From assembly GCA_963847705.1 (NCBI GenBank), contig CAWKBC010000008.1:32001-96000 (forward strand): a stretch of 64,000 nucleotides of DNA, in the 5' to 3' direction. Position numbers and translations under genes: made by a program. Shown one piece after another: positions 28,330-38,443 of this stretch; within the stretch, counting starts at the first letter, position 1, and each line of letters starts with the position of its first letter. This DNA comes from an uncultured Pseudomonadota bacterium (GTDB lineage Bacteria; Myxococcota_A; Polyangia; Fen-1088). Below the pieces are notes generated by a model. The model saw only the letters and a program-made list of their open reading frames with translations. It searched no databases and was not told the origin of the DNA.

Positions 28330-28424
28330 TGTCCAGAATCGATACAGGTTACTGCCGCCCCATCGGCCCTGCCAGACGCACGATCGGGCGTCTGGAGGCA
28401 CCTTGCCTCTGGCCCAGAAGTTGC
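28330..28424 (+). promoter_or_regulatory. Putative sigma54 promoter plus upstream activator site for tolC-mdtABC
   Basis: TGGCCCAGAAGTTGC (28410-28424, GG-N10-GC); TGT-N11-ACA (28330-28346); inverted repeat ccagacgc..gcgtctgg (28372-28395). A second GG-N10-GC lies at 28299-28313. Confidence 0.6.
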
Positions 28425-28482
28425 GAGGTTGGCGCAGCCGAGCTGTACCACTCCCCCATCCTTGAAGCTAATCTCGCCGCCC

Positions 28483-29874
28483 ATGCTCCCCCGCCCCCTT
28501 GCCATCCTGCTGATCCCTCTCGTGATGTTCGGGATCTTCGTCGGCGCGCAGGCCGCAGACAGTGGCGACGGTGTGGCCGCCGGCACGACGCCTCTGAGCT
28601 TGCAGCAGGCGGAGCAGACCGCGCTGCAGAACCAACCGAACGTGCGCGCGGCACACGGGCTCCAGGAGGCCGCCGAGGGGCGCGTCGAGGAGGCGCGCTC
28701 CGGCTACCTCCCTCAGGTGACCGTGACGGGCAGTTACGAGCGCACGACCGGCAACTTCGCCACGCGCCCGGGCGTCCTGCCGACGAGCCTGACGACGAAC
28801 GGCATGGGGGGCGGGACGGGGACCGCCGTGATGGCTGGGGCCACGCCGGTCAGCTGGGATCCGAAGTACAACTTCTTCCAGCTCAACGTCGGCGCCAGCC
28901 AGCTGCTCTACGACTTCGGCCAGACCAGCAACCGCTGGGCGGCGGCCGGCGCCAGCCGGGACGCCGCCACCGACAACACGCGCACCGTCGGGCTGCAGAC
29001 GCTGCTCAACGTCCGGCGGGCCTACTTCGCGGCCCGCGCCAACCGGGATCTGGTGGCGGTGGCGGAAGAGACGGTGCGCAATCAGGAGAAGCATGTGGAG
29101 CAGACGCAGGCGTTCGTCCGCACCGGCATCCAGCCGGACATCAACCTGGCCACCGTCCTGACGGCGCTGGCCAACGCCAAGGTGCAGCTGGTCACCGCGC
29201 AGAACAACTTCGCGGTGGCCGAGGCGCAGCTCTCCCAGGCGATGGGCGTCTCCGTCAACGAGTCGTACACGCTGTCCGACGAGCAGATCCCGCCCATCGC
29301 GGGCGAGGACGGCGATTCCGTGGCGCTGGTGGCGCACGCCGAAAAGAATCGCCCGGAGATCGCCAACCTGATGGCCCAGCGGCGCGCCCAGGAGCTGACG
29401 GTGAGCTCGGTGAAAGGGTCCTACGGCCCCAGCCTGAGCGCGATCGCCAACCTTTCGGAGGCCGGCGTGGCCGCGGATTCGCTGGCCCCGAACTGGTATG
29501 TCGGCCTGGGCCTCACCTGGAACATCCTGCAGGGGGGGCTGACGCGCGGGCAGGTCCGGGAGGCCAAGGGGACGCTGGAGAACCTGGTCGGCCAGGAGCA
29601 GGCGCTGCGCCTTCAGGTGCAGGTCGACATCGAGCAGGGGCGTCTCGGGGTGCAGGCGGCCAAGTCCACCATCAACGCCGCCGGCGAGGCGCTGGTGAAC
29701 GCCCGCAGTCAGCTGACGCTGGCCGAGAAGCGGTACGAGCACGGGCTCGGCAGCGCGGTTGAGCTCGACGACGCGCAGGTGGCATACACGACTGCAGAGG
29801 CGCAAGTGGTGCAAGCGAAGTTCAACCTGGCCTCGGCGCGCGCACAGCTGCTGGCGGCGCTAGGAGACCAATGA
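28483..29874 (+). CDS. TolC-family outer-membrane efflux protein
   Basis: Signal peptide; LSLQQAEQTALQNQP, LP.V, LYDFG, RPEI, RYEHGLGS..EL.DAQ. The track ORF from 27385 is an over-extension. Confidence 0.92.
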   Translation: MLPRPLAILLIPLVMFGIFVGAQAADSGDGVAAGTTPLSLQQAEQTALQNQPNVRAAHGLQEAAEGRVEEARSGYLPQVTVTGSYERTTGNFATRPGVLPTSLTTNGMGGGTGTAVMAGATPVSWDPKYNFFQLNVGASQLLYDFGQTSNRWAAAGASRDAATDNTRTVGLQTLLNVRRAYFAARANRDLVAVAEETVRNQEKHVEQTQAFVRTGIQPDINLATVLTALANAKVQLVTAQNNFAVAEAQLSQAMGVSVNESYTLSDEQIPPIAGEDGDSVALVAHAEKNRPEIANLMAQRRAQELTVSSVKGSYGPSLSAIANLSEAGVAADSLAPNWYVGLGLTWNILQGGLTRGQVREAKGTLENLVGQEQALRLQVQVDIEQGRLGVQAAKSTINAAGEALVNARSQLTLAEKRYEHGLGSAVELDDAQVAYTTAEAQVVQAKFNLASARAQLLAALGDQ

Positions 29875-31214
29875 GAGGGATCCCAAAGATGTTCTCGCGG
29901 GCGTTGACGTTGACTTGGGCGCTGGGTTTCGCCGCCACCGCCGGCCTGGCGCTGTCCGGCTGCGGGAAGGGCCAGGAGGGTGCCGGCGCCGGCGCGGCGG
30001 CGGCCACGCCGGGCGCGAAGGGCGCGGGCAGCGGCGCCGATCGTCCGGTCCCGGTCCTGGTCGCGGAGACGGTCAGCAAGGACGTCCCGATCTTTCTCGA
30101 AGGGCTGGGGACGGTGACCGCCTACAAGACGGTCAACGTCCGCTCGCAGGTCGACGGCCGCCTCGACAAGGTGGTCTTCCAGGAGGGACAGCCCGTCAAG
30201 CAGAGCGAGCTTCTGGCCCAGATCGATCCGCGCCCGTTCGAGATCCTGCTGCACCAGGGCGAGGCCGCGCTGGCCCGCGATCAGGCCCAGCTGGACGGCG
30301 CCCAGCGCGATTACGATCGCTACGTCGCCGTCGGCGGACAGCACCTCCTGCCGCAGCAGCAGATCGACGATCAGAAGGCGCTGGTCGAGCAGCTCCGGGG
30401 GACGGTCCTCAACGACAAGGCGACGATCGAGAACGCCAAGCTGCAGCTCGACTACGCCCGCATCAAGTCGCCCATCAACGGGATCACCGGCGTCCGTCTG
30501 GTCGATCCCGGCAACATCGTCCACGCCGCCGACACCGGCGGAATCGTGGTTGTCACACAGATGGATCCCATCGCGGTGCTGTTCACGCTGCCGCAAGATG
30601 ACCTGCCGGAGGTCGCTCGCCAGCTGCGGCTCGGCCCCCTGGTGGTCGAGGCGGACAGCCGCGACGGGTCGCAGGTGCTGGCCACCGGGACCCTGGGGCT
30701 CATCGACAACCAGATCAACCAGGGGACGGCGACCATGCGTCTCAAGGCGATCTTTCCCAATCCAGAGCGCACGCTCTGGCCGAACGCGTTCGTCAAGGCG
30801 AGGCTGCGGCTGACGGTGCGCAAGGGGGCCCTGGTGATCCCGGCGGTGGCGGTCCAGCGCGGGCCGCAGGGGGCGTTCGTCTACGTCGCCAAGGGCGACC
30901 AGGCGGAGCTGCGCCCCATCGGCGTCGAGCGCATCGAGGGGGAGGAGGCGCTCATCTCCCAGGGCCTGGTGGCTGGCGAGAAGGTGGTGCGAGAGGGGCA
31001 GAGCCAGCTGCGGCCCGGCTCCAAGCTGGCGCTGCGCGAAGGTGGCGGCGGCGGTGCGGGCAAGGGCGGCGGCGCTGGCAAGAACGGCGCCGGCGCGGGC
31101 AAGATGGGCGGCGCCGCCCAGCCCCCCGGGGGATCCGGCGAGAGCGGCTCCGCGGGCGGTGCGCCGGGGGCGGGCGCTCACGGCAAGCACGGAGGCCACA
31201 AGGTGTCGCAGTGA
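29871..31214 (+). CDS. mdtA: RND membrane fusion protein, MdtA-like
   Basis: GLGTVTAYKTVNVRSQVDGRL..FQEGQ.V..LAQIDPRPF; YARIKSPI.G.TG.R.VDPGN; DNQI...T.T..LKA.FPN..LWP. Confidence 0.88.
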   Translation: MRGIPKMFSRALTLTWALGFAATAGLALSGCGKGQEGAGAGAAAATPGAKGAGSGADRPVPVLVAETVSKDVPIFLEGLGTVTAYKTVNVRSQVDGRLDKVVFQEGQPVKQSELLAQIDPRPFEILLHQGEAALARDQAQLDGAQRDYDRYVAVGGQHLLPQQQIDDQKALVEQLRGTVLNDKATIENAKLQLDYARIKSPINGITGVRLVDPGNIVHAADTGGIVVVTQMDPIAVLFTLPQDDLPEVARQLRLGPLVVEADSRDGSQVLATGTLGLIDNQINQGTATMRLKAIFPNPERTLWPNAFVKARLRLTVRKGALVIPAVAVQRGPQGAFVYVAKGDQAELRPIGVERIEGEEALISQGLVAGEKVVREGQSQLRPGSKLALREGGGGGAGKGGGAGKNGAGAGKMGGAAQPPGGSGESGSAGGAPGAGAHGKHGGHKVSQ

Positions 31215-34200
31215 ACGTCTCCGAAGTCTTCATCCGGCGTCCCGTCGGAACCGCGCTCCTGATGATCGGCGTGGCCGTCGCCGGAGTGGCCGCCTACAAC
31301 CAGCTGCCGGTCTCGGCGCTGCCGCAGGTCGACTACCCGACGATCGTCGTGTCGACCATCCTGCCCGGCGCCAGCGCCGACACCATGGTCTCGGCGGTGA
31401 CGACGCCGCTCGAGCGGCAGCTCGGGCAGATTCCGTCGCTGGCGCACCTGACCTCGGTCTCCAGCGCCGCCAGCTCGCAGATCACCCTGCAGTTCACGCT
31501 CGATCGCGACATCGACTCCGCCGAGCAGGACGTGCAGGCGGCGATCAACGCGGCCTCCAACCTCTTGCCCAAGACGCTGCCCACACCGCCGACCTACAGC
31601 AAGAGCAACCCTGCCGACGTGCCGGTCATCTCGCTGGCGGTCCGCTCGGACACCTCGCCGCTCTCGGTCGTCGATGACTACGCCGACTCGATCCTGGCGC
31701 AAAAGCTGTCGCAGGTCTCCGGCGTCGGCCTGGTGACGCTGAACGGCGGCCAGCGGCCGGCGGTGCGCGTGCAGGTCGATCCGGTGGCGCTGGCCGGGCG
31801 CGGCCTCGGTCTCGAGGACGTTCGCTCGGTGCTGGCGCTGGCCAACGTCAACCAGCCAAAGGGAAACCTGGACGGCCCGCGCCAGAACTACCTGGTGTCG
31901 GCCAACGATCAGCTCCCCTCGGCCGACGGCTACAGGCCGCTGGTGCTGGCCTACCAGAACGGCGCGGTGGTGCGCCTCTCCGACGTGGCCAAGGTGCTGG
32001 ACGGCGTGGAGAACGCGCAGCTGGCCGGCTGGGCCAACGAGCACCCGGCGGTGATCCTGAACGTCCAGCGCCAGCCGGGCGCGAACCTCATCGAGGTCGC
32101 CGAGCGGGTCAAGGCGCTCTTGCCGCGCCTGGAGGCGTCGCTGCCGCAAGGGATCAAGGTCGACATCCTCTCCGACCGCACCGAGACGGTGCGCGCCTCG
32201 GTCCGCGACGTCGAGTTCACCCTGCTCTTGACCATGATCCTGGTGGTCGCGGTCATCTATCTCTTCCTGCGCAGCATGCGCGCCACGATCATCCCCGGCG
32301 TCGCGGTGCCGCTGTCGCTGATCGCCACCTTCGGCGTGATGCTCTTCCTCGGCTACAGCCTCAACAACCTGACGCTGATGGCGCTGACGATCTCCACCGG
32401 CTTCGTGGTCGACGACGCCATCGTCATGATCGAGAACATCGCGCGCCACATCGAGGAGGGGGACGCGCCCTTCACCGCCGCGTTGAAGGGGTCGAAGCAG
32501 ATCGGCTTCACCATCGTGTCGCTCACCGTCTCGCTGGTGGCGGTCCTCATCCCGCTGCTGTTCATGGGCGGGATCATCGGGCGTCTCTTCCGGGAGTTCG
32601 CGGTCACCCTCAGCACCGCCATCGTGGCCTCGGCCGTCATCTCGCTGACGCTGACGGCGATGATGTGCGGCCACATCCTCCGTCCGCTCCGCAAAGAGGA
32701 CGAGGGGCGGGTGGCGCGCGCCTCGGAGGCGGCCTTCGACTGGATGGTGAAGGTCTACGACCGCGGCCTCGGCTGGGTGCTGAATCACCAGGCGCTGACC
32801 CTGGCGGCCACGGTGGCGACCGTCGCGCTGACCTTCTTCCTGGCGGTGGTCATCCCCAAGGGTCTCTTCCCCCAGCAGGACACCGGCCTCTTGCTGGGGA
32901 TCACCGAGGCGCCGATCGACACCTCCTTCCCCGCCATGATGACCCTGCAGCAGAAGGTGGTGGATGTCATCCGGGTCGATCCCGACGTCGACAACGTCGC
33001 GTCCTTCATCGGCGCCGACGGGACCAACCCCACCCTCTCCAGCGGGCGGCTCTCGATCACCCTCAAGAATCGCGAGCAACGAAAGTCGGGCGCGCAGGCG
33101 ATCATCGATCGGCTGAGCAACAAGCTGGGCCAGGTCAGCGGCATCACCGTCTATCTGCAGGCGGTGCAGGATCTCCAGCTCTCCAGCCAGGTGAGCCGCA
33201 CGCAGTACCAGTACACGGTCGAGGACGCCGATCCGACCGAGCTGGCGACCTGGACGCCCCAGGTGCTCGCGCGCCTCAAGCAGATCCCGGAGCTGACCGA
33301 CGTGGCCAGCGATCAACAGGACGGTGCGCTGCAGATGACGCTGGTCATCGACCGCGACAGCGCTTCCCGGATGGGGATCACCGCGCAGGCCATCGACGAC
33401 ACGCTCTACGACGCCTTCGGGCAGCGCCCGGTCTCCACGATCTTCACGCAGCTCAACCTCTACCGCGTGATCCTGGAGGTCTCGCCGCAGTACCAGTCGA
33501 ACCCCAACGGTCTCAGTCAGATCTACATGCGGGCGGCCACCGGTGACTCGGTGCCGCTCTCCGCCTTCGTCCACTTCCAGCAGACCTTTGCACCGGTCTC
33601 CATCGGGCACGAGGGGCAGTTCCCGGCCGTGACGCTCTCCTTCAATCTGGCGCCCGGCGCGGCGCTGGGCGACGCGGTGCGGGCCATCAAGGACGCGGTG
33701 GCCGGGATGGGCGCGCCGGTCGGCCTGCACGCCGACTTCCAGGGGGCGGCAGCCGCCTTCGGCGACTCACTCTCGAGCGAGCCGCTGCTGATCCTGGCCG
33801 CCATCATCACCGTCTACATCGTGCTCGGCGTGCTCTACGAGAGCTACATCCACCCGATCACCATCCTTTCGACGCTGCCGTCGGCGGGCGTGGGGGCCTT
33901 CCTGGCGCTGCTGATCTGCCACTCCGAGTTCTCCATCATCGCGCTCATCGGGATCGTCCTCCTCATCGGCATCGTCAAGAAGAACGCCATCATGATGATC
34001 GACTTCGCGCTCGAGGCGGAGCGCGAGCAGGGCAAGTCGCCGCGCGAGGCAATCCATCAGGCCTGCCTGCTGCGGTTTCGCCCGATCATGATGACCACCG
34101 TCGCGGCGCTCCTGGGCGGCGTGCCGCTGGCGCTCGGCACCGGGACCGGCGCGGAGCTCCGCCGGCCGCTCGGCATCACCATCGTCGGCGGCCTGCTGGT

Positions 34201-34360
34201 CTCGCAGGTCCTGACCCTGTTCACCACGCCGGTCATCTACCTCTACATGGAGCGGCTGGCGGCCCGGTTTCGACGCGGGAAGAAAGCGTCCCCCGAGCCC
34301 GAGGGCGCCCCTCACCTTCCCGCACCCGTCCGCCGTACGCCCGCTCCCGAGACGCCATGA
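31211..34360 (+). CDS. mdtB: RND efflux permease, MdtB-like
   Basis: FIRRPVGT.LLM, LPVSALPQVDYPTI, GFVVDDAIVMIENI, GIVKKNAIMMIDFAL, RFRPIMMTT. Confidence 0.9.
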   Translation: MNVSEVFIRRPVGTALLMIGVAVAGVAAYNQLPVSALPQVDYPTIVVSTILPGASADTMVSAVTTPLERQLGQIPSLAHLTSVSSAASSQITLQFTLDRDIDSAEQDVQAAINAASNLLPKTLPTPPTYSKSNPADVPVISLAVRSDTSPLSVVDDYADSILAQKLSQVSGVGLVTLNGGQRPAVRVQVDPVALAGRGLGLEDVRSVLALANVNQPKGNLDGPRQNYLVSANDQLPSADGYRPLVLAYQNGAVVRLSDVAKVLDGVENAQLAGWANEHPAVILNVQRQPGANLIEVAERVKALLPRLEASLPQGIKVDILSDRTETVRASVRDVEFTLLLTMILVVAVIYLFLRSMRATIIPGVAVPLSLIATFGVMLFLGYSLNNLTLMALTISTGFVVDDAIVMIENIARHIEEGDAPFTAALKGSKQIGFTIVSLTVSLVAVLIPLLFMGGIIGRLFREFAVTLSTAIVASAVISLTLTAMMCGHILRPLRKEDEGRVARASEAAFDWMVKVYDRGLGWVLNHQALTLAATVATVALTFFLAVVIPKGLFPQQDTGLLLGITEAPIDTSFPAMMTLQQKVVDVIRVDPDVDNVASFIGADGTNPTLSSGRLSITLKNREQRKSGAQAIIDRLSNKLGQVSGITVYLQAVQDLQLSSQVSRTQYQYTVEDADPTELATWTPQVLARLKQIPELTDVASDQQDGALQMTLVIDRDSASRMGITAQAIDDTLYDAFGQRPVSTIFTQLNLYRVILEVSPQYQSNPNGLSQIYMRAATGDSVPLSAFVHFQQTFAPVSIGHEGQFPAVTLSFNLAPGAALGDAVRAIKDAVAGMGAPVGLHADFQGAAAAFGDSLSSEPLLILAAIITVYIVLGVLYESYIHPITILSTLPSAGVGAFLALLICHSEFSIIALIGIVLLIGIVKKNAIMMIDFALEAEREQGKSPREAIHQACLLRFRPIMMTTVAALLGGVPLALGTGTGAELRRPLGITIVGGLLVSQVLTLFTTPVIYLYMERLAARFRRGKKASPEPEGAPHLPAPVRRTPAPETP

Positions 34361-37300
34361 ACATCTCGGCGCCGTTCGTCCGCCGGCCCATCGCCACCTC
34401 GCTCCTGGCGGCGGCGGTCATCATGGCAGGGCTCGTCGCCTACAACGGACTGCCGGTGGCGCCGCTCCCCCGCGTCGACTTCCCGACCATCCAGGTCTCG
34501 GGGGCGCTGCCCGGGGCCAGCCCCGACACGATGGCCTCCTCGGTGGCCACGCCGCTCGAGCGCCGCTTCGGCCGCATCGCCGGCCTGACCGAGATGACCT
34601 CGGTCAACACGCTGGGCTCCACCTCGATCACGCTGCAGTTCGATCTCGATCGCGACATCACCGGCGCCGCGCGCGACGTGCAGGCGGCCATCAACGCCTC
34701 GCTCTCCGAGCTCCCGCCCAACCTGCCGAGCCTCCCCAACTACCGCAAGGTCAACCCGGCCGACTCGCCGATCCTGATCCTCTCGCTCACCTCGAAGTCG
34801 CTCCAGCTGGCGCAGGTGTTCGACGCCGCCAACAGCGTGCTGGCCCAGAAGATCTCGCAGATCAACGGCGTGGGACAGGTGTTCGTGGGGGGTGGGCAAC
34901 AGCCGGCCGTGCGCGTCCAGATCGATCAGGAGGCGCTGGCCGGGCACGGAATGTCCCTGGAAGACGTCCGCGCGGCGCTCTCCACCTCGACGGCGAACCA
35001 GCCGAAGGGGACGCTGACCGGCTCGAACACCACCTACAACATCGCCGCCACCGACCAGCTCCTGGGGGCCGACGCCTATCGCCAGCTGATCGTCTCGACC
35101 CAGAACGGTTCGAACATCCGCCTCGGCGACGTGGCCACCGTGTTCGACGACGTGGAAAACAACCGGCTGGCTGGCTGGATCGACGGCGAGCGCTGCGTCC
35201 TCATGATCATCCGCCGACAGCCGGGCGCCAACATCCTATCCACCATCGAAGGCGTCAAGCAGGCCCTCCCTTTCCTGCGGGAGTCGATCTCGCCGGCCAT
35301 CGACGTGCAGGTCGCCGTCGATCGCACCACCACCATCCGCGCCTCGGTCCACGACGTGGAGCGGACCTTGATCCTGAGCGTCCTCTTGGTGACCGGGGTG
35401 GTGTTCATCTTCTTGCGCAGCGCGCGCGCCACCATCATCCCCTCGATCGCCGTGCCGCTCTCGTTGATCGGGACGTTCGGCATCATGTACCTGCTCGGCT
35501 ACAGCATCGACAACCTGTCGCTGATGGCGCTGACCATCTCCACCGGCTTCGTGGTCGACGATGCCATCGTCGTGACCGAAAACATCGCCCGCCTCATCGA
35601 AGACGGGAAGAAGCCGCTCGAGGCGGCGCTGGAGGGGGCCAAGCAGATCGGCTTCACCATCGTCTCCATCACCGTCTCGCTGATCGCCGTTTTCATCCCC
35701 ATCCTGCTCATGGGGGGGATCATCGGGCGACTGTTCCGCGAGTTCGCCGTCACGTTGAGCATCGCGGTGGCGCTGTCGGCGATCGTCTCGCTGACGGTGA
35801 CGCCGACCATGGCCGGACGGTTGCTGCGTCCGGTGAACGAAGAGAAGCTCGGGTGGTTCGCCCGGACCTCCGAGCGGGGGTTCGACGCCCTGGTCCGCGG
35901 GTACGACCGCGCCCTGCGCTGGGTGCTCCGCCACGCGCTGCTCATGCTGCTCCTCACCATCTCCACCCTGGGCCTGACGGTGCTGCTGGCGATCCGGGTC
36001 CCGAAGGGGCTCTTCCCGCAGCAGGACACGGGAATGCTCTCGGGGTTCTCCGAGGCGTCGCAGGACATCTCCTCGGGGGCGATGCGGCGCGCGCAGGAGA
36101 AGCTGAATCAGATCGTCAAGGACGATCCCGACGTCGACCACACCATCGCCTTCGTCGGCGGCACCAGCGGCGCCGGCAACACCGGCACCATGTTCATCAG
36201 CCTCAAGGACTACGACAAGCGGAAGAGCACCGCCGATCAGATCATCAACCGCCTGCGCCCGAAGCTCTCGAAGATCCCTGGCGTGTCGCTGTTTTTGCAG
36301 TCCGTGCAGGACGTGCGCATGGGGGGGCGCTCGTCACGCACGCAGTACCAGTACGCGCTGGAGGACGCCGATCTGGGCGAGCTGCAGGCCTGGGGACCGA
36401 AGGTGCTGGCCAAGCTGAAGAGCCTCCCTCAGCTGCGCGACGTGGCCACCGACCAGCAGACCGCCGGCCTGATGCTCTCGGTCGACGTCGATCGCGACAG
36501 CGCCAGCCGTCTCGGTATCAGCCTGCAGGCCGTCGACGACACGCTCTACGACGCCTTCGGCCAGCGGCAGGTGGCGACCTCATTCACCCCTCTCAACTAC
36601 TACCGCGTCGTGCTGGAGGCGACGCCCGCGCAACAGGCGAGCCCCGACCAGCTGGTGCACGTCTACGTCCGCGGCGCGAACGGCACCCTGGTGCCGCTGC
36701 CGAGCATCGCCAGGGTGACGCCCACGCCGACGCCGCTGGCGATCACGCACCAGGGGCAGTTTCCCGCCACCACGCTCTCCTTCAACCTGGCACCCAACGC
36801 CGCGCTGGGGGACGCGGTCAAGGTGGTCGACGCGGCCACGCGGCAGATCGGCCTCCCCTCCGGCGTTCGCGCCAGCTTCCAGGGGACCGCGCAGGCGTTC
36901 GGCGCCTCGCTCTCCAGCGAGCCCTGGCTCATCGCCGCGGCGCTGTTCGTGGTCTACGTGGTGCTGGGAATCCTGTACGAGAGCCTGGTCCACCCGATCA
37001 CCATCCTCTCCACGCTGCCGTCGGCGGCGCTCGGCGCGCTGGTGGCGCTGTTTGTTTTCCGCACCGACTTCAGCATCATCGCGCTCATTGGGGTGGTGCT
37101 GCTGCTCGGGATCGTGAAGAAGAACGCCATCATGATGATCGACTTCGCGCTGGAGGCCGAGCGGCGCGAGGGGCTCGAACCGGCCGAAGCGATCCGCCGC
37201 GCCTGCCTTTTGCGCTTCCGTCCGATCCTGATGACGACCCTGGCCGCTCTCTTCGGCGCGGTCCCGCTGGCCATCGGCTTCGGCGCCGGCTCCGAGCTGC

Positions 37301-37446
37301 GGCAGCCGCTCGGCATCACCATCGTCGGTGGCCTCTGCGTCTCACAGCTCATGAACCTCTTCTCGACGCCGGTCATCTATCTCTACCTCGATCGCCTCCG
37401 CCGCGACCGCGCCGTCGAGCACCAGAGCGCGACTGTCGAGACCTAG
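34357..37446 (+). CDS. mdtC: RND efflux permease, MdtC-like
   Basis: FVRRPIATSLL, LPVAPLPRVDFPTI, YRKVNPADSPI, GFVVDDAIVV.ENI, RFRPILMTT; second RND subunit in tandem. Confidence 0.9.
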   Translation: MNISAPFVRRPIATSLLAAAVIMAGLVAYNGLPVAPLPRVDFPTIQVSGALPGASPDTMASSVATPLERRFGRIAGLTEMTSVNTLGSTSITLQFDLDRDITGAARDVQAAINASLSELPPNLPSLPNYRKVNPADSPILILSLTSKSLQLAQVFDAANSVLAQKISQINGVGQVFVGGGQQPAVRVQIDQEALAGHGMSLEDVRAALSTSTANQPKGTLTGSNTTYNIAATDQLLGADAYRQLIVSTQNGSNIRLGDVATVFDDVENNRLAGWIDGERCVLMIIRRQPGANILSTIEGVKQALPFLRESISPAIDVQVAVDRTTTIRASVHDVERTLILSVLLVTGVVFIFLRSARATIIPSIAVPLSLIGTFGIMYLLGYSIDNLSLMALTISTGFVVDDAIVVTENIARLIEDGKKPLEAALEGAKQIGFTIVSITVSLIAVFIPILLMGGIIGRLFREFAVTLSIAVALSAIVSLTVTPTMAGRLLRPVNEEKLGWFARTSERGFDALVRGYDRALRWVLRHALLMLLLTISTLGLTVLLAIRVPKGLFPQQDTGMLSGFSEASQDISSGAMRRAQEKLNQIVKDDPDVDHTIAFVGGTSGAGNTGTMFISLKDYDKRKSTADQIINRLRPKLSKIPGVSLFLQSVQDVRMGGRSSRTQYQYALEDADLGELQAWGPKVLAKLKSLPQLRDVATDQQTAGLMLSVDVDRDSASRLGISLQAVDDTLYDAFGQRQVATSFTPLNYYRVVLEATPAQQASPDQLVHVYVRGANGTLVPLPSIARVTPTPTPLAITHQGQFPATTLSFNLAPNAALGDAVKVVDAATRQIGLPSGVRASFQGTAQAFGASLSSEPWLIAAALFVVYVVLGILYESLVHPITILSTLPSAALGALVALFVFRTDFSIIALIGVVLLLGIVKKNAIMMIDFALEAERREGLEPAEAIRRACLLRFRPILMTTLAALFGAVPLAIGFGAGSELRQPLGITIVGGLCVSQLMNLFSTPVIYLYLDRLRRDRAVEHQSATVET

Positions 37447-37691
37447 ACGGGCGGCCCGCCCGCTTCCTCGCTCGGCGGCATGCAGAGGGCATGCTCGTCC
37501 GCACCGAGGCGGCGCATGTGCAGCGGCTCGGCGCCTTCATCGAAACGGTTGCCCGACTTCGAGCGCTAGCTCGCAGGCCACCGGCAAGACGGGAACAGCG
37601 ACCTGCTCGCTGCGCTCGAACAGGGGATCGCGGCGGCGGCCAGACGATCGCGGGCCAGCCGACCCACGAGCGACCAAACAACGGCCGCCGA

Positions 37692-37732
37692 CAAACGAAA
37701 ACGGCCCCGACGTCCCAGACGCCGGAGCCGTT
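37692..37732 (-). terminator. Rho-independent terminator downstream of the spy-like gene
   Basis: Minus-strand RNA AACGGCUCCGGCGUC-UGG-GACGUCGGGGCCGUU (15-bp stem with G-U pairs), followed by UUCGUUUG. Confidence 0.75.
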
Positions 37733-37761
37733 CTTCGGGTCGCGCGTACCAACGCGCGTCG

Positions 37762-38292
37762 TTACTGCCCCATCATTCCGTGGTGATGCTGGAAGCGCCC
37801 GCGCGCCTCGGCCATCGCGGCCGCGGCCGTCTTGCGCTGATCGGGGGTCAGGACCTGCGCCGTCTGGACCAGGCCCTGCGTGAACGTCGATGACAGCTGA
37901 TCGGCGATCCCCATCGCCTGCTTGCGCAGCTGCTCGACGGTGGCCGGGTTGATCGTCGGCGCGGAGAGCGCGGCGGCGATCTGCTGGTGCACCGCCTGGT
38001 GCTGTTGATGGAACGACTTCAGCTGGGGGCGAAGGCCATTCCAGATCGCCTCGATCTGACTCCGCTGGCTGGCGGTCGCGTTCACCTTGTCGAGCAGCCG
38101 CTCGAGATGGCGCGCGCCGAAGCCGCCGGCCGGGCCAGCGTCCGCGCTCTCGGTCGTCTGTGCCTGGGCCGAGGTGTAGGCGCCACCGGCGATCCCCAGG
38201 ACCGCCAGCGCCGGAATGAGCAGCAGCCACGACCGCCGGCGGGGGCGAACTGTGGCGATGTGGGTCTCGGGGGTCTCGATGTCGGTGCGCAT
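37762..38292 (-). CDS. Spy/CpxP-family periplasmic chaperone
   Basis: Signal peptide; helical protein with ATASQR and VLTPDQR (LTxxQ) motifs; strong RBS aaaggag. Confidence 0.88.
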   Translation of the reverse strand: MRTDIETPETHIATVRPRRRSWLLLIPALAVLGIAGGAYTSAQAQTTESADAGPAGGFGARHLERLLDKVNATASQRSQIEAIWNGLRPQLKSFHQQHQAVHQQIAAALSAPTINPATVEQLRKQAMGIADQLSSTFTQGLVQTAQVLTPDQRKTAAAAMAEARGRFQHHHGMMGQ

Positions 38293-38310
38293 GAGCTGTC
38301 TCCTTTCGAT

Positions 38311-38354
38311 CAGTTTGGCTTCGCGCAGTTTGGCTTCGCGAATTTCGCTTCGTG
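38311..38354. repeat. 15-bp direct repeat (2 perfect + 1 degenerate) in the spy 5' UTR
   Basis: cagtttggcttcgcg x2, then aatttcgcttcgtg. Confidence 0.8.
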
Positions 38355-38364
38355 CTTCGGAGGG

Positions 38365-38391
38365 TTGACCCGACCCGGCAAGAAAAGGTTA
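38365..38391 (-). promoter_or_regulatory. Putative ECF-sigma promoter for spy
   Basis: Minus strand TAAC-N18-GTCAA, matching the AAC...GTC spacing of sigmaE-type promoters. Confidence 0.5.
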
Positions 38392-38443
38392 GCGGCCAGA
38401 TCTTTTGGCCCGACCGTGCGTCCGAACAACCAGGAGGCTTCAA

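Noticed and set aside
27385-28482. N-terminal 366-aa extension of the TolC ORF
   Set aside because: It is antisense to the histidine kinase. The signal peptide starts at ATG 28483, downstream of a sigma54 box.
37447-37690. Small ORF or sRNA between mdtC and the spy terminator
   Set aside because: No convincing start, RBS, motif or recognisable RNA family.
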